Numbered from the stretch's first letter, positions 1 through 5,598 are shown. The stretch is DNA of 11,460 nt from a virus (IMGVR_UViG_3300035698_002205:1-11460), one strand, 5' to 3'. Notes: generated by a model from the letters alone, not told the origin. Translations and numbers: made by a program.

Positions 1-127
1 ATCAACATTCTGATACGTCGTCTCAGCCTGCGAACCAGCACCATCAGTAGAAACCGGGTCAACCGAGAAGTCAGTTATCGCATTGGCTAGGTCGCTCGCG
101 ACCGCCGACCCGATGTTAGTCTCGGGC
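1..127. repeat. Terminal direct repeat, identical to 11334..11460. It closes the window into an 11,333-bp circle.
   Basis: Base-by-base comparison shows atcaacattctgatacg...gttagtctcgggc at both ends. The repeat lies inside the portal reading frame. Its length of 127 equals a common maximum assembler k-mer, so an assembly overlap of a circular contig is more likely than a biological DTR. Confidence 0.95.
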
Positions 128-129
128 AT
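1..129 (-). CDS. Portal protein, first 43 codons (MPETNIGSAVASDLANAITDFF...). This is the same gene as 10353..11460 once the circle is closed.
   Basis: I extended the frame of the 10353..11258 ORF upstream by hand. It stays open through the window end and wraps to an ATG at 129..127. That ATG is preceded by AAGGAGGTTAAGGATA, with an in-frame stop at 162..160. Confidence 0.8.
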   Translation of the reverse strand, partial: MPETNIGSAVASDLANAITDFSVDPVSTDGAGSQAETTYQNVD

Positions 130-349
130 TATCCTTAACCTCCTTATCAAGCTCGAGCTTCAACTTCACAGTCTTATCAGCCTTCCTCTGCTTACAAAGA
201 GTATACTCCGAACACTTACGCAAAATCTCAGCCTTCAAAGCATCCAAGGACTCAAACCGGTCAGCATGATACACGAACTCAGGCATAGCCTTAAAATCAG
301 TCTGTACGACGAGCATACCATCACGCTCAACATAACTCTTAATTTTCAT
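116..349 (-). CDS. Hypothetical small protein, 77 aa (MKIKSYVERDGMLVVQTDFKAMPEF...)
   Basis: ORF track 116..358. I prefer the ATG at 349, which forms an ATGA overlap with the stop of the upstream gene. The 3' end overlaps the portal start by 14 nt, consistent with translational coupling. Confidence 0.7.
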   Translation of the reverse strand: MKIKSYVERDGMLVVQTDFKAMPEFVYHADRFESLDALKAEILRKCSEYTLCKQRKADKTVKLKLELDKEVKDNARD

Positions 350-723
350 TCTTCCCACCCGTAAACGCTAAAATCCCAACTCGTAGCGGAAGCAGCAGCT
401 ACCACGCTCGTTTCAAATTTCACCGGAGCATCAAACGTGAAAATCTTTTGGTTATTAGCCTCCGCACTCTTCAAACTAATCTTCGTCGTCGCATTATCCT
501 TCAACGTGCCAACAGAAACAGTCGCAGCCTCAACCCAAACGATAAACGACTTCAAATAAAAAGTCTTACCAGCAGTCACCGTAAAAATAGTTACATTCCC
601 GTCGCCAACGCTTACGCCCGTGACAGTCCCATCTTTAACCTCACTCCCCTCCTGATTCCAACGCTCTCTAAGCAAACCAGTATCCTGCTGCAAACCACCC
701 CTATCAAACAAATTCACCACCAT
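346..723 (-). CDS. Hypothetical 125-aa protein, apparently beta-rich; possible virion component
   Basis: ORF track. The ATG at 723 overlaps the nuclease gene end by 10 nt. No recognisable motif. Confidence 0.75.
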   Translation of the reverse strand: MVVNLFDRGGLQQDTGLLRERWNQEGSEVKDGTVTGVSVGDGNVTIFTVTAGKTFYLKSFIVWVEAATVSVGTLKDNATTKISLKSAEANNQKIFTFDAPVKFETSVVAAASATSWDFSVYGWEE

Positions 724-1169
724 TGATTACCCCGAAAGTAAAAACTACTTTCTGGAACCTCCCCTTCTTTTTTGGCGCCGAAAGCCGCGGCCAAGCCAAG
801 ATACACCTCTTCCTGTCCAATATCCAAGCCGGAATAAAACACTCGCCCCAAGAGCCGACCGTACTTTCCGACACGATTCATTGAATCGACGAGCACCTGC
901 ACTTCTTGACCCAATATTTTTTGTTTCAACCATTCTCTTGTCTCCTCACCACCCTCGGACAATTCCGGAGCGTCAATGTCAAGCAGCCTGAGCGGGAAGT
1001 CAAAATCCCGCCATCCAACCCTGAGGGTGACCGTGTCACCATCATGCACCTTCACCACCTCAGCGGTGAAATCCTCGGTTATTTGCACGTGCGGGGACGT
1101 GAACTGCAACTCCTCAAGCTGACGATTAGTCAACTCAGGGAACGCGTCGTAATCGTGCTCGAAAGCCAT
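714..1169 (-). CDS. Staphylococcal (micrococcal) nuclease-like thermonuclease, about 151 aa
   Basis: VVKVHDGDTVTLRV...LRLLDIDAPE...GEETREWLKQKILGQEVQV...DKYGRLLGRVF matches the SNase OB-fold signature (DGDT ... R..GIDAPE ... D.YGR.L). I trimmed the start to the ATG at 1169, which follows GAGGAGGAGG. The track start at 1232 is a TTG with no SD. Confidence 0.8.
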   Translation of the reverse strand: MAFEHDYDAFPELTNRQLEELQFTSPHVQITEDFTAEVVKVHDGDTVTLRVGWRDFDFPLRLLDIDAPELSEGGEETREWLKQKILGQEVQVLVDSMNRVGKYGRLLGRVFYSGLDIGQEEVYLGLAAAFGAKKEGEVPESSFYFRGNQWW

Positions 1170-1249
1170 GAAGCCTCCTCCTCTTGTATGAGCTGGCGCG
1201 CCCGAGCCGTTAACTGCCCATGACAGCGCCAATGAGTACGATATTTCAT

Positions 1250-1621
1250 TTATGCCTCTTGTATGAACTTCTGAACCTTCTTATCCCGCAAGATACTCAT
1301 GTTACGCAGGGCGATGTCCCGGAGCACGTTAATCATATCCTCAGCCTCAGTACGAGTCGTGAAACCACTCATATCCCAAGTGATACCCTCAATAGCAGCC
1401 AAACAAGCACCAGTATCAATCAAGATACCCCGGACAGTAGTGTTCAACGTCGTCGCGGTGTCAGCAGTACTGAAATCAAAACGGGTCATACAATTAACAA
1501 TCGCCTCCTGGTCGATAATGATACTATCAAACCAGCCAGCCGCCTTCACCGTAGCACTAGCATTAGTCCCAACTCGTAACAAAATGTCTGCATCCTGCGC
1601 GAATTGTCCAGCATTAGCCAT
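1250..1621 (-). CDS. Hypothetical 123-aa protein; possible head-completion or adaptor protein, judged by position only
   Basis: ORF track. It is the first gene after the large terminase. It has no SD and is preceded by an AT-rich promoter-like gap. Confidence 0.75.
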   Translation of the reverse strand: MANAGQFAQDADILLRVGTNASATVKAAGWFDSIIIDQEAIVNCMTRFDFSTADTATTLNTTVRGILIDTGACLAAIEGITWDMSGFTTRTEAEDMINVLRDIALRNMSILRDKKVQKFIQEA

Positions 1622-1665
1622 CTTTAAGCTCTTTTATGGAGTAAATAGTATAAAAATGTTTGTAT
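1622..1665 (-). promoter_or_regulatory. AT-rich gap with a TATA-like box (minus sense ATACAAACATTTTTATACTATTTACTCCATAAAAGAGCTTAAAG then ATG)
   Basis: This is one of the few non-overlapping gaps in the genome. TTTATA lies about 30 nt upstream of an ATG that has no SD. It shares the 12-mer AAACATTTTTAT with the region upstream of the tRNA-like gene. Confidence 0.4.
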
Positions 1666-2904
1666 TTAAGCACAATACACGCTGAGCCCCTTATCACGCA
1701 AACACCAACAAGCCCTGACCAGCGCTTCCGTTAAGTGGGAGTAAGCGCCCATAATCCTAATCTTCTTATCAGCGGTGTACTCAAACGTGATACTCTTCAA
1801 ACTACGCAACAAGTCCAAATCGCTAATCAACTCCAACTTACCAGTCTCCATCAACATCAAAGTATGCGAATACAAATCCTCCTTAAGGATTTTGACTCTC
1901 TTCTCTTCACCCTCGACAACAACACCTTTAGAACTGTTATCCAAACCAACAACACGACGCCGACCCAACTTCTCTTGAAGTTGGTCGAGGACAGGTCCTC
2001 CCAATCCCCCACTATCAGTAAATATCCTACGGAATTTCCATTCATCGTCTATGACCCCCGTTTCGCCAACAGTCGCTGTAGTACTCACCCGCGCACGAGT
2101 AAGACACTTAACAGCCTTCAGCTTAGACTGGTGCTCCTCCACAATCACGTAAGCAACCTCATCACCACCATACCGGGCGAGGTCCTGCCCGAGATAATAA
2201 TTAGCGCCTAGTATGGCATCCTCCTTCTTGCTCCACTCAATAAAAGTCATACACTCCTTAATAAGAGTCGTCGGGAAGAACTGCTGATAATCATCAATAA
2301 ACTCACCCAAGTACTCCTGCGCATACTCAACCTTACTCATCCGGCCTTTCTCCTTCCTGAGAAAATCTGCTGGTATTCTCTTACAATCCTCCGAAGACAC
2401 GTGCCAACTACGAAAACTATCATCAGTAAACGAGTCAAAAAAGTACCCACCCTTACCAAAAGGCGTAGACAACAAGACGATGTGACCAAAACCCTTCAAC
2501 TGACGACTCACCGCAATCATCGGCGTCACCGCATTCCAAACAGTCTCAGGAATAAAAGCAGCCTCATCAGCAATCAACAAATCAATCGTGAAACCACGAA
2601 TAAAATGCCCAGTCCGACCAGTAGGCATACAATAAATCCGGGACCCATTACACAACACGATCTTAGTCATCGTCGGCTTCTCAGCCAACTCATCAGCCGC
2701 GAACCGAGCAGTCATCTTCTCAAACAACAAACTAGACTGGCGCTGACTAGCCGCAATCACCATCGTCACCGTCCCCGGATGACGACGAGCAAAATCAGAA
2801 CCCTTCTCCGAGATCACTTCACTCTTACCGACCTGCCTTCCAGTGCGCAACGTGCAATTACCCTCGTAGTCCAAGACCTCCCGCTGCCACTTATCCCACT
2901 TCAT
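1666..2904 (-). CDS. terL: Terminase large subunit, 412 aa
   Basis: Walker A is TGRQVGKS and Walker B is IDLLIADEAAF. The C-terminal RNase-H-like nuclease half carries acidic motifs (GQDLARYGGDEVAYV, IFTDSGGLGG). Confidence 0.93.
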   Translation of the reverse strand: MKWDKWQREVLDYEGNCTLRTGRQVGKSEVISEKGSDFARRHPGTVTMVIAASQRQSSLLFEKMTARFAADELAEKPTMTKIVLCNGSRIYCMPTGRTGHFIRGFTIDLLIADEAAFIPETVWNAVTPMIAVSRQLKGFGHIVLLSTPFGKGGYFFDSFTDDSFRSWHVSSEDCKRIPADFLRKEKGRMSKVEYAQEYLGEFIDDYQQFFPTTLIKECMTFIEWSKKEDAILGANYYLGQDLARYGGDEVAYVIVEEHQSKLKAVKCLTRARVSTTATVGETGVIDDEWKFRRIFTDSGGLGGPVLDQLQEKLGRRRVVGLDNSSKGVVVEGEEKRVKILKEDLYSHTLMLMETGKLELISDLDLLRSLKSITFEYTADKKIRIMGAYSHLTEALVRACWCLRDKGLSVYCA

Positions 2905-3065
2905 ATATCAGCCACCGGCTCAGGCTTCTTCGGACACTTTGAAACAAGTTCACGCATACGAACAACACCTGCCTCAACAACCTCGAGTTGAATCAGCAAC
3001 TGCACCCGCTGTCCTTTGAGTTCCTTCAACGTCAATTCATAATCATCCCTTTGCAAAATTCCCAT
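2901..3065 (-). CDS. Small coiled-coil protein, 54 aa (MGILQRDDYELTLKELKGQRVQLLIQLEVV...); candidate small terminase or packaging accessory
   Basis: The ATG at 3065 follows GGAGGT. The stop overlaps the terL ATG (ATGA). The longer track start at 3113 would run into the tRNA-like T-arm, so I rejected it. Confidence 0.6.
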   Translation of the reverse strand: MGILQRDDYELTLKELKGQRVQLLIQLEVVEAGVVRMRELVSKCPKKPEPVADI

Positions 3066-3083
3066 TTTAACTATACCTCCACA

Positions 3084-3195
3084 TGTCGGCGGCAGGATTC
3101 GAACCTGCAACATATCCTTTCAACGGATGCGGTCAATATTAAACCGTGGACACATCAACCTAGTAATCGCGGCTTTCCTCTCCGCCCTCGCCAAC
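3084..3195 (-). tRNA. tRNA-like gene, 112 nt. The acceptor stem and T-arm are canonical, but the body is about 40 nt too long, suggesting an intron or insertion, or a non-canonical tRNA-like RNA.
   Basis: Minus sense: GTTGGCG AG GGCG GAGAGGAA AGCC G ...40 nt... CATCC GUUGAAA GGAUA UGUU GCAGG UUCGAAU CCUGC CGCCGAC A. The acceptor has 7 bp (one U-G pair). The T-loop is a perfect UUCGAAU. The D-loop has GG at positions 18/19. CCA is not encoded. Confidence 0.45.
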
Positions 3196-3214
3196 TTTTG
3201 CAATAAAAATGTTT
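3196..3214 (-). promoter_or_regulatory. AAACATTTTTAT motif immediately upstream of the tRNA-like gene
   Basis: The 12-mer at 3203..3214 is identical to 1650..1661. It ends only 7 nt before the proposed tRNA 5' end. Confidence 0.3.
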
Positions 3215-3253
3215 CGACCCCAGGCTATACCCACCAACCACAACCAATCAACA

Positions 3254-3273
3254 TTCGCTCATCCACCCACTCA
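3254..3273. repeat. Left arm of the 20-bp perfect inverted repeat (ttcgctcatccacccactca)
   Basis: It is the exact reverse complement of 3578..3597. Confidence 0.95.
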
Positions 3274-3282
3274 CCCACTCAC

Positions 3283-3386
3283 TGGCGGGCGCCCACAAGC
3301 GCCCGCCGGCGAGCGAAGCGAGCCATATCCTACTTGGCGGGCGCCCACAAGCGCCCGCCGGCGAGCGAAGCGAGCCATATCCTACT
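3283..3386. repeat. Perfect tandem duplication, 2 x 52 bp (3283..3334 and 3335..3386)
   Basis: Both units read tggcgggcgcccacaagcgcccgccggcgagcgaagcgagccatatcctact. Each contains the hairpin GGCGGGCGC-CCACAA-GCGCCCGCC and one GCGAAGC. Confidence 0.97.
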
Positions 3387-3577
3387 CACGGGTCACTTGC
3401 TGGGCGTCAAGGGGATTGGGGGTTGACCCCAAGGTGCAGGTGGTAAGAGGCGAAGCCCCACCTGCCCCCCAATCACCGCCAGACGACCGGCAAGGGCGGG
3501 AAGTTAAGAGCTCCATAACTTCCCGAGCCGACAATCAGAGCCCGACGGGGGCGACAAGGCTGACCCGTGAACCTAAC

Positions 3578-3597
3578 TGAGTGGGTGGATGAGCGAA
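3578..3597. repeat. Right arm of the 20-bp perfect inverted repeat (tgagtgggtggatgagcgaa)
   Basis: It is the exact reverse complement of 3254..3273. Confidence 0.95.
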
Positions 3598-3623
3598 GCG
3601 AAGCCACGCCTATCAAGGTGTTC

Positions 3624-3848
3624 TCACCCTTCACTCAAATCATTATCAGTCAATGTGATATCAGAGCCACGATGAAACACTATCCAACCCAGCTTTTTCA
3701 AAGCGTTCTTATTGTTCCTCATGGTCTTAGGGTCAGTCCCGCACTCAAACATGATAGCCCGCTCCAACTGGAGGCGAGGAACGACCGTCATGTTCGGACA
3801 GTGCTTCCGCAACCGCCATAAGACCCGTTCCAAACGCTCAACAGTCAC
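3624..3848 (-). CDS. Small putative winged-helix DNA-binding protein, 74 aa
   Basis: ORF track with a GTG start after AGGGTGA. The ...ERAIMFECGTDPKTMRNNKNALKKLGWIV... pattern resembles the recognition helix plus wing of small wHTH regulators. The product call is by eye only. Confidence 0.6.
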   Translation of the reverse strand: MTVERLERVLWRLRKHCPNMTVVPRLQLERAIMFECGTDPKTMRNNKNALKKLGWIVFHRGSDITLTDNDLSEG

Positions 3849-3962
3849 GAATCACCCTTTTCTTCTTTGCAGGTGCAGTAGTGTCGGTGTACCCCGCATT
3901 GTCGGCAGATAGTGCTTTGTCTGCTTGGCGGGACGAACGGCTCCGCGTACCGCTTCGTCTTG

Positions 3963-4184
3963 TTATTCATCGTCTTTGTTTGCTCGTCTGACATCATCGC
4001 CTTGTACCACTATGTGATCAGTCATTTCTAGTTGCTCGAGTGTTTTCCGTACTGTTTGGTCGCTGAAACCCAGCTTCAAGCTCGTCAGTGCTATCAGCTT
4101 CTCTTTGCTAATGTTCTCTGTTGTGTTGAGAGTGTTCATTAGGAAGTCTGCCAGTGCTTTCTTTTGTTTCAAATAATCAACCAT
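3963..4184 (-). CDS. Small putative winged-helix DNA-binding protein, 73 aa
   Basis: The ATG follows GAAGGAGGCAGAATACA. ...LKLGFSDQTVRKTLEQLEMTDHIVVQGDDV... is wHTH-like. It is the first gene after the only long intergenic region. Confidence 0.65.
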   Translation of the reverse strand: MVDYLKQKKALADFLMNTLNTTENISKEKLIALTSLKLGFSDQTVRKTLEQLEMTDHIVVQGDDVRRANKDDE

Positions 4185-4282
4185 TGTATTCTGCCTCCTT
4201 CGGTGCTTTTGTTAGTCTTCTTATTTCTCTGTTGCATGCGCAGTTTATGAAGTGATTGCGGCTTTTGAACAGTATTGGGTGG

Positions 4283-4308
4283 GCGGAGATTGCATGGTCA
4301 ATCTCCGC
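4283..4308. promoter_or_regulatory. Perfect palindrome gcggagattg-catggt-caatctccgc; candidate operator or hairpin
   Basis: It has a 10-bp stem and a 6-nt loop. It lies about 100 nt upstream of the first wHTH gene. Confidence 0.45.
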
Positions 4309-4524
4309 GCGTAGTGCTGTTTGTAGATATATGTTGGCTGCTATCCCATGTTTCATAGGGGGAATGTGGGGGGAGGGGGTATTTATAGTTATGGGTCAAC
4401 TGCTTAAAACCTTTAAGCACCGATTTGAGTTTACTGATAAGAACACGAAATCCTTCCCCCCTCCCCCTCTCATATATATATAGTGCTATGCACTTTTTTA
4501 GTACTACAATACTATTAAAGTGCA

Positions 4525-4549
4525 CCCTTACCTAGAAACATCGTAAGGG
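4525..4549 (-). terminator. Hairpin (7-bp stem cccttac/gtaaggg, 11-nt loop) 15 nt downstream of the LamG gene stop; possible terminator of the late operon
   Basis: The stem is read directly from the sequence. The downstream U-tract is weak. Confidence 0.3.
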
Positions 4550-4564
4550 GAAGGGGGGAATAAG

Positions 4565-5359
4565 TCAGAAGATCGTTTTCCAATCATCACCAATGTTAAT
4601 CTGCACTCCTTCGACAGCCTTCCAACTGTCACCAATGTTAATCTTCACACCCTCGACCGTCTTCCAAGCGTCGCCGATGTTAACTTGCAAGTTCGTGCCA
4701 GCCAACGGATTTAAACCCGTCCCGCTATTCCACAACTCCGTCACCTCACTACTCGTTAAGCAACGACTCCAAATACCCATATCATCAATCAACCCTTCAA
4801 AATAATGACCACTAATAAAAGTGTCCGGAGCATTACCATTACCCACACCAGACAACAACCCGAAAGTCGTCGTCGACAAGCTACCGCTATGAGTGAAACT
4901 TCCAGCGCTCGAACCATTAACATACAAGGTAAACGTGTTACCATTCCGCGTCGCAACACAATGCACCCACGAATCAGCAGTGCTCGTCGTATACTCTACT
5001 GAACCCCACGAACTATCGTAAAATAGTAATTTCAAAGAAGTAGTATTCACGTGATCCAACACCAAAATACCACCAGCCCCGCTCGACTGGTTGCCCTTAG
5101 CAAAAACCAATCCTTCAGCATTAACATCACTCTTAAACCACACGCTAATACTAAAATCACCCGTGCCAAAAGCATAATCACCTACGGCACCATTCAAGAT
5201 ATGATCGTTCGTACCATCATAATCATAACAACCAGCACCAAGCTTTTTATTAGTCGTGTCGTGAGTCGCCCCAGTAACAGTGCCATCCTTAGCACCAACA
5301 TCATCATCAGCGTTCACATCCCAACTATAATAATTATCCAAGTCGGTAGTCAAAGCCAT
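4565..5359 (-). CDS. LamG/concanavalin-A-like lectin domain protein with C-terminal 14-aa repeats; candidate receptor-binding or adhesion protein, 264 aa
   Basis: DGT..D....G..GDFSISVWFK...WVHCVATRNGNTFTLYVNG...FEGLIDDMGIWSRCLTSSEVTELW fits the Laminin_G_3 pattern. The tail reads NIGDAWKTVEGV / NIGDSWKAVEGV / NIGDDWKTIF. Confidence 0.8.
   Translation of the reverse strand: MALTTDLDNYYSWDVNADDDVGAKDGTVTGATHDTTNKKLGAGCYDYDGTNDHILNGAVGDYAFGTGDFSISVWFKSDVNAEGLVFAKGNQSSGAGGILVLDHVNTTSLKLLFYDSSWGSVEYTTSTADSWVHCVATRNGNTFTLYVNGSSAGSFTHSGSLSTTTFGLLSGVGNGNAPDTFISGHYFEGLIDDMGIWSRCLTSSEVTELWNSGTGLNPLAGTNLQVNIGDAWKTVEGVKINIGDSWKAVEGVQINIGDDWKTIF
4577..4690 (-). repeat. About 2.7 copies of a 42-bp coding repeat (W codons at 4580, 4622 and 4664)
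   Basis: caatgttaatct.cac.cc.tcgac.g.cttccaa... recurs with a 42-bp period. It encodes (I/V)NIGDxWKx(V)EGVx. Confidence 0.85.
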
Positions 5360-5598
5360 CAGGCAACAACCTTACCATCTTTTATTTCTTTACTAATACA
5401 AGACAAGTTTTTAGCAGGGTCAGGATCATGTTTCATTTCAACAAAAACCGCTACTGGATTATCAAACTCATCGATGACTCCATTACATAGAACTTCAGCT
5501 TCTTTTTCATCCTGAACGTATTTTCTGATAATAGCCAGTGGTTTAAACTTGTTCAGCGCCGTCTCTTTTTCTCGTATCTCAAAATAAAATTCTGCCAT
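5359..5598 (-). CDS. Hypothetical 79-aa protein in an AT-rich island; possible fibre-assembly chaperone, judged by position only
   Basis: ORF track. The ATG follows GAGGT. The stop overlaps the LamG ATG (TGATG). G+C is about 36% by hand count, versus roughly 50% in the flanks. Confidence 0.65.
   Translation of the reverse strand: MAEFYFEIREKETALNKFKPLAIIRKYVQDEKEAEVLCNGVIDEFDNPVAVFVEMKHDPDPAKNLSCISKEIKDGKVVA

Larger units (their letters stand above)
3254..3597. other. GC-rich (about 65% G+C by hand count) noncoding element, 344 bp, with nested perfect helices. It could be a structured RNA, a replication or packaging origin, or a MITE-like insertion.
   Basis: Perfect complementary pairs are 3254-3273/3578-3597 (20 bp), 3386-3395/3561-3570 (10 bp), 3414-3422/3466-3474 (9 bp), 3436-3443/3458-3465 (8 bp) and 3497-3506/3516-3525 (10 bp). 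There are also two 9-bp hairpins in the tandem repeat. No minus-strand ORF is present. Confidence 0.8.
4185..4564. promoter_or_regulatory. Main noncoding control region, 380 bp; candidate early promoter, operator and/or origin
   Basis: This is the longest gap in the genome. It contains TATA-like tracts (tatttatag, catatatatatag), a 10-bp-stem palindrome, G6AG5 (4368..4379) opposite C6TC5 (4456..4467), and G4AAG6 (4547..4558). Confidence 0.6.

Noticed and set aside
1-127. Biological direct terminal repeat (packaging terminus)
   Set aside because: The repeat falls in the middle of the portal coding sequence. Its length equals a standard assembler k-mer (127). An assembly signature of a circular or circularly permuted genome is the simpler reading, though this is not proven without reads.
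714-1232. Longer N-terminal extensions offered by the ORF track (1232 for the nuclease, 3113 for the 54-aa protein, 8411 for the decoration protein, 6600 for the fibre, 6841 for the 65-aa protein, 358 for the 77-aa protein)
   Set aside because: Each extended start is a non-ATG codon or lacks an SD. An internal ATG with a well-spaced GGAGG-type SD, or a coupled stop/start overlap, exists in each case, so the shorter models are preferred.
3171-3185. GAGAGGAAAGCC on the minus strand, resembling the RNase P RNA CR-I motif GAGGAAAGUCC
   Set aside because: It falls in the D-arm of the tRNA-like gene. None of the other RNase P conserved regions or the expected architecture could be found nearby.
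3283-3386. Possible CRISPR array
   Set aside because: There are only two directly abutting identical 52-bp units, with no spacers and no cas genes. This is a tandem duplication, not a CRISPR array.
3127-3580. Plus-strand ORFs of 99 aa and 123 aa across the tRNA-like gene and the GC-rich island
   Set aside because: They are Pro/Arg/Ala-rich translations typical of open frames in GC-rich DNA. They read through a 52-bp tandem repeat, which shifts frame between copies. They are on the opposite strand to every real gene and lack an SD.
3084-3600. tmRNA spanning the GC-rich island and ending in the tRNA-like T-arm and acceptor
   Set aside because: There is no G3-U70 alanine identity pair; the pair is U3-G70, or C-G with the alternative 5' strand at 3532. 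No tag-peptide reading frame ending in a typical ...AA stop was evident, and no recognisable pseudoknot layout was found.
4482-4499. Plus-strand terminator-like hairpin agtgc-tat-gcact followed by T6
   Set aside because: No plus-strand gene exists for it to terminate, and the stem is only 5 bp. It is more likely part of the AT-rich control region.
4256-4525. 75-aa ORFs on both strands inside the 380-bp intergenic region
   Set aside because: They use a TTG and a GTG start with poor context. Their sequences are dictated by the G/C homopolymer and TATA tracts (ERGRGEGF, PLPPHSP, FPPPPLIYI). A noncoding control region is more likely, though conservation in relatives should be checked.
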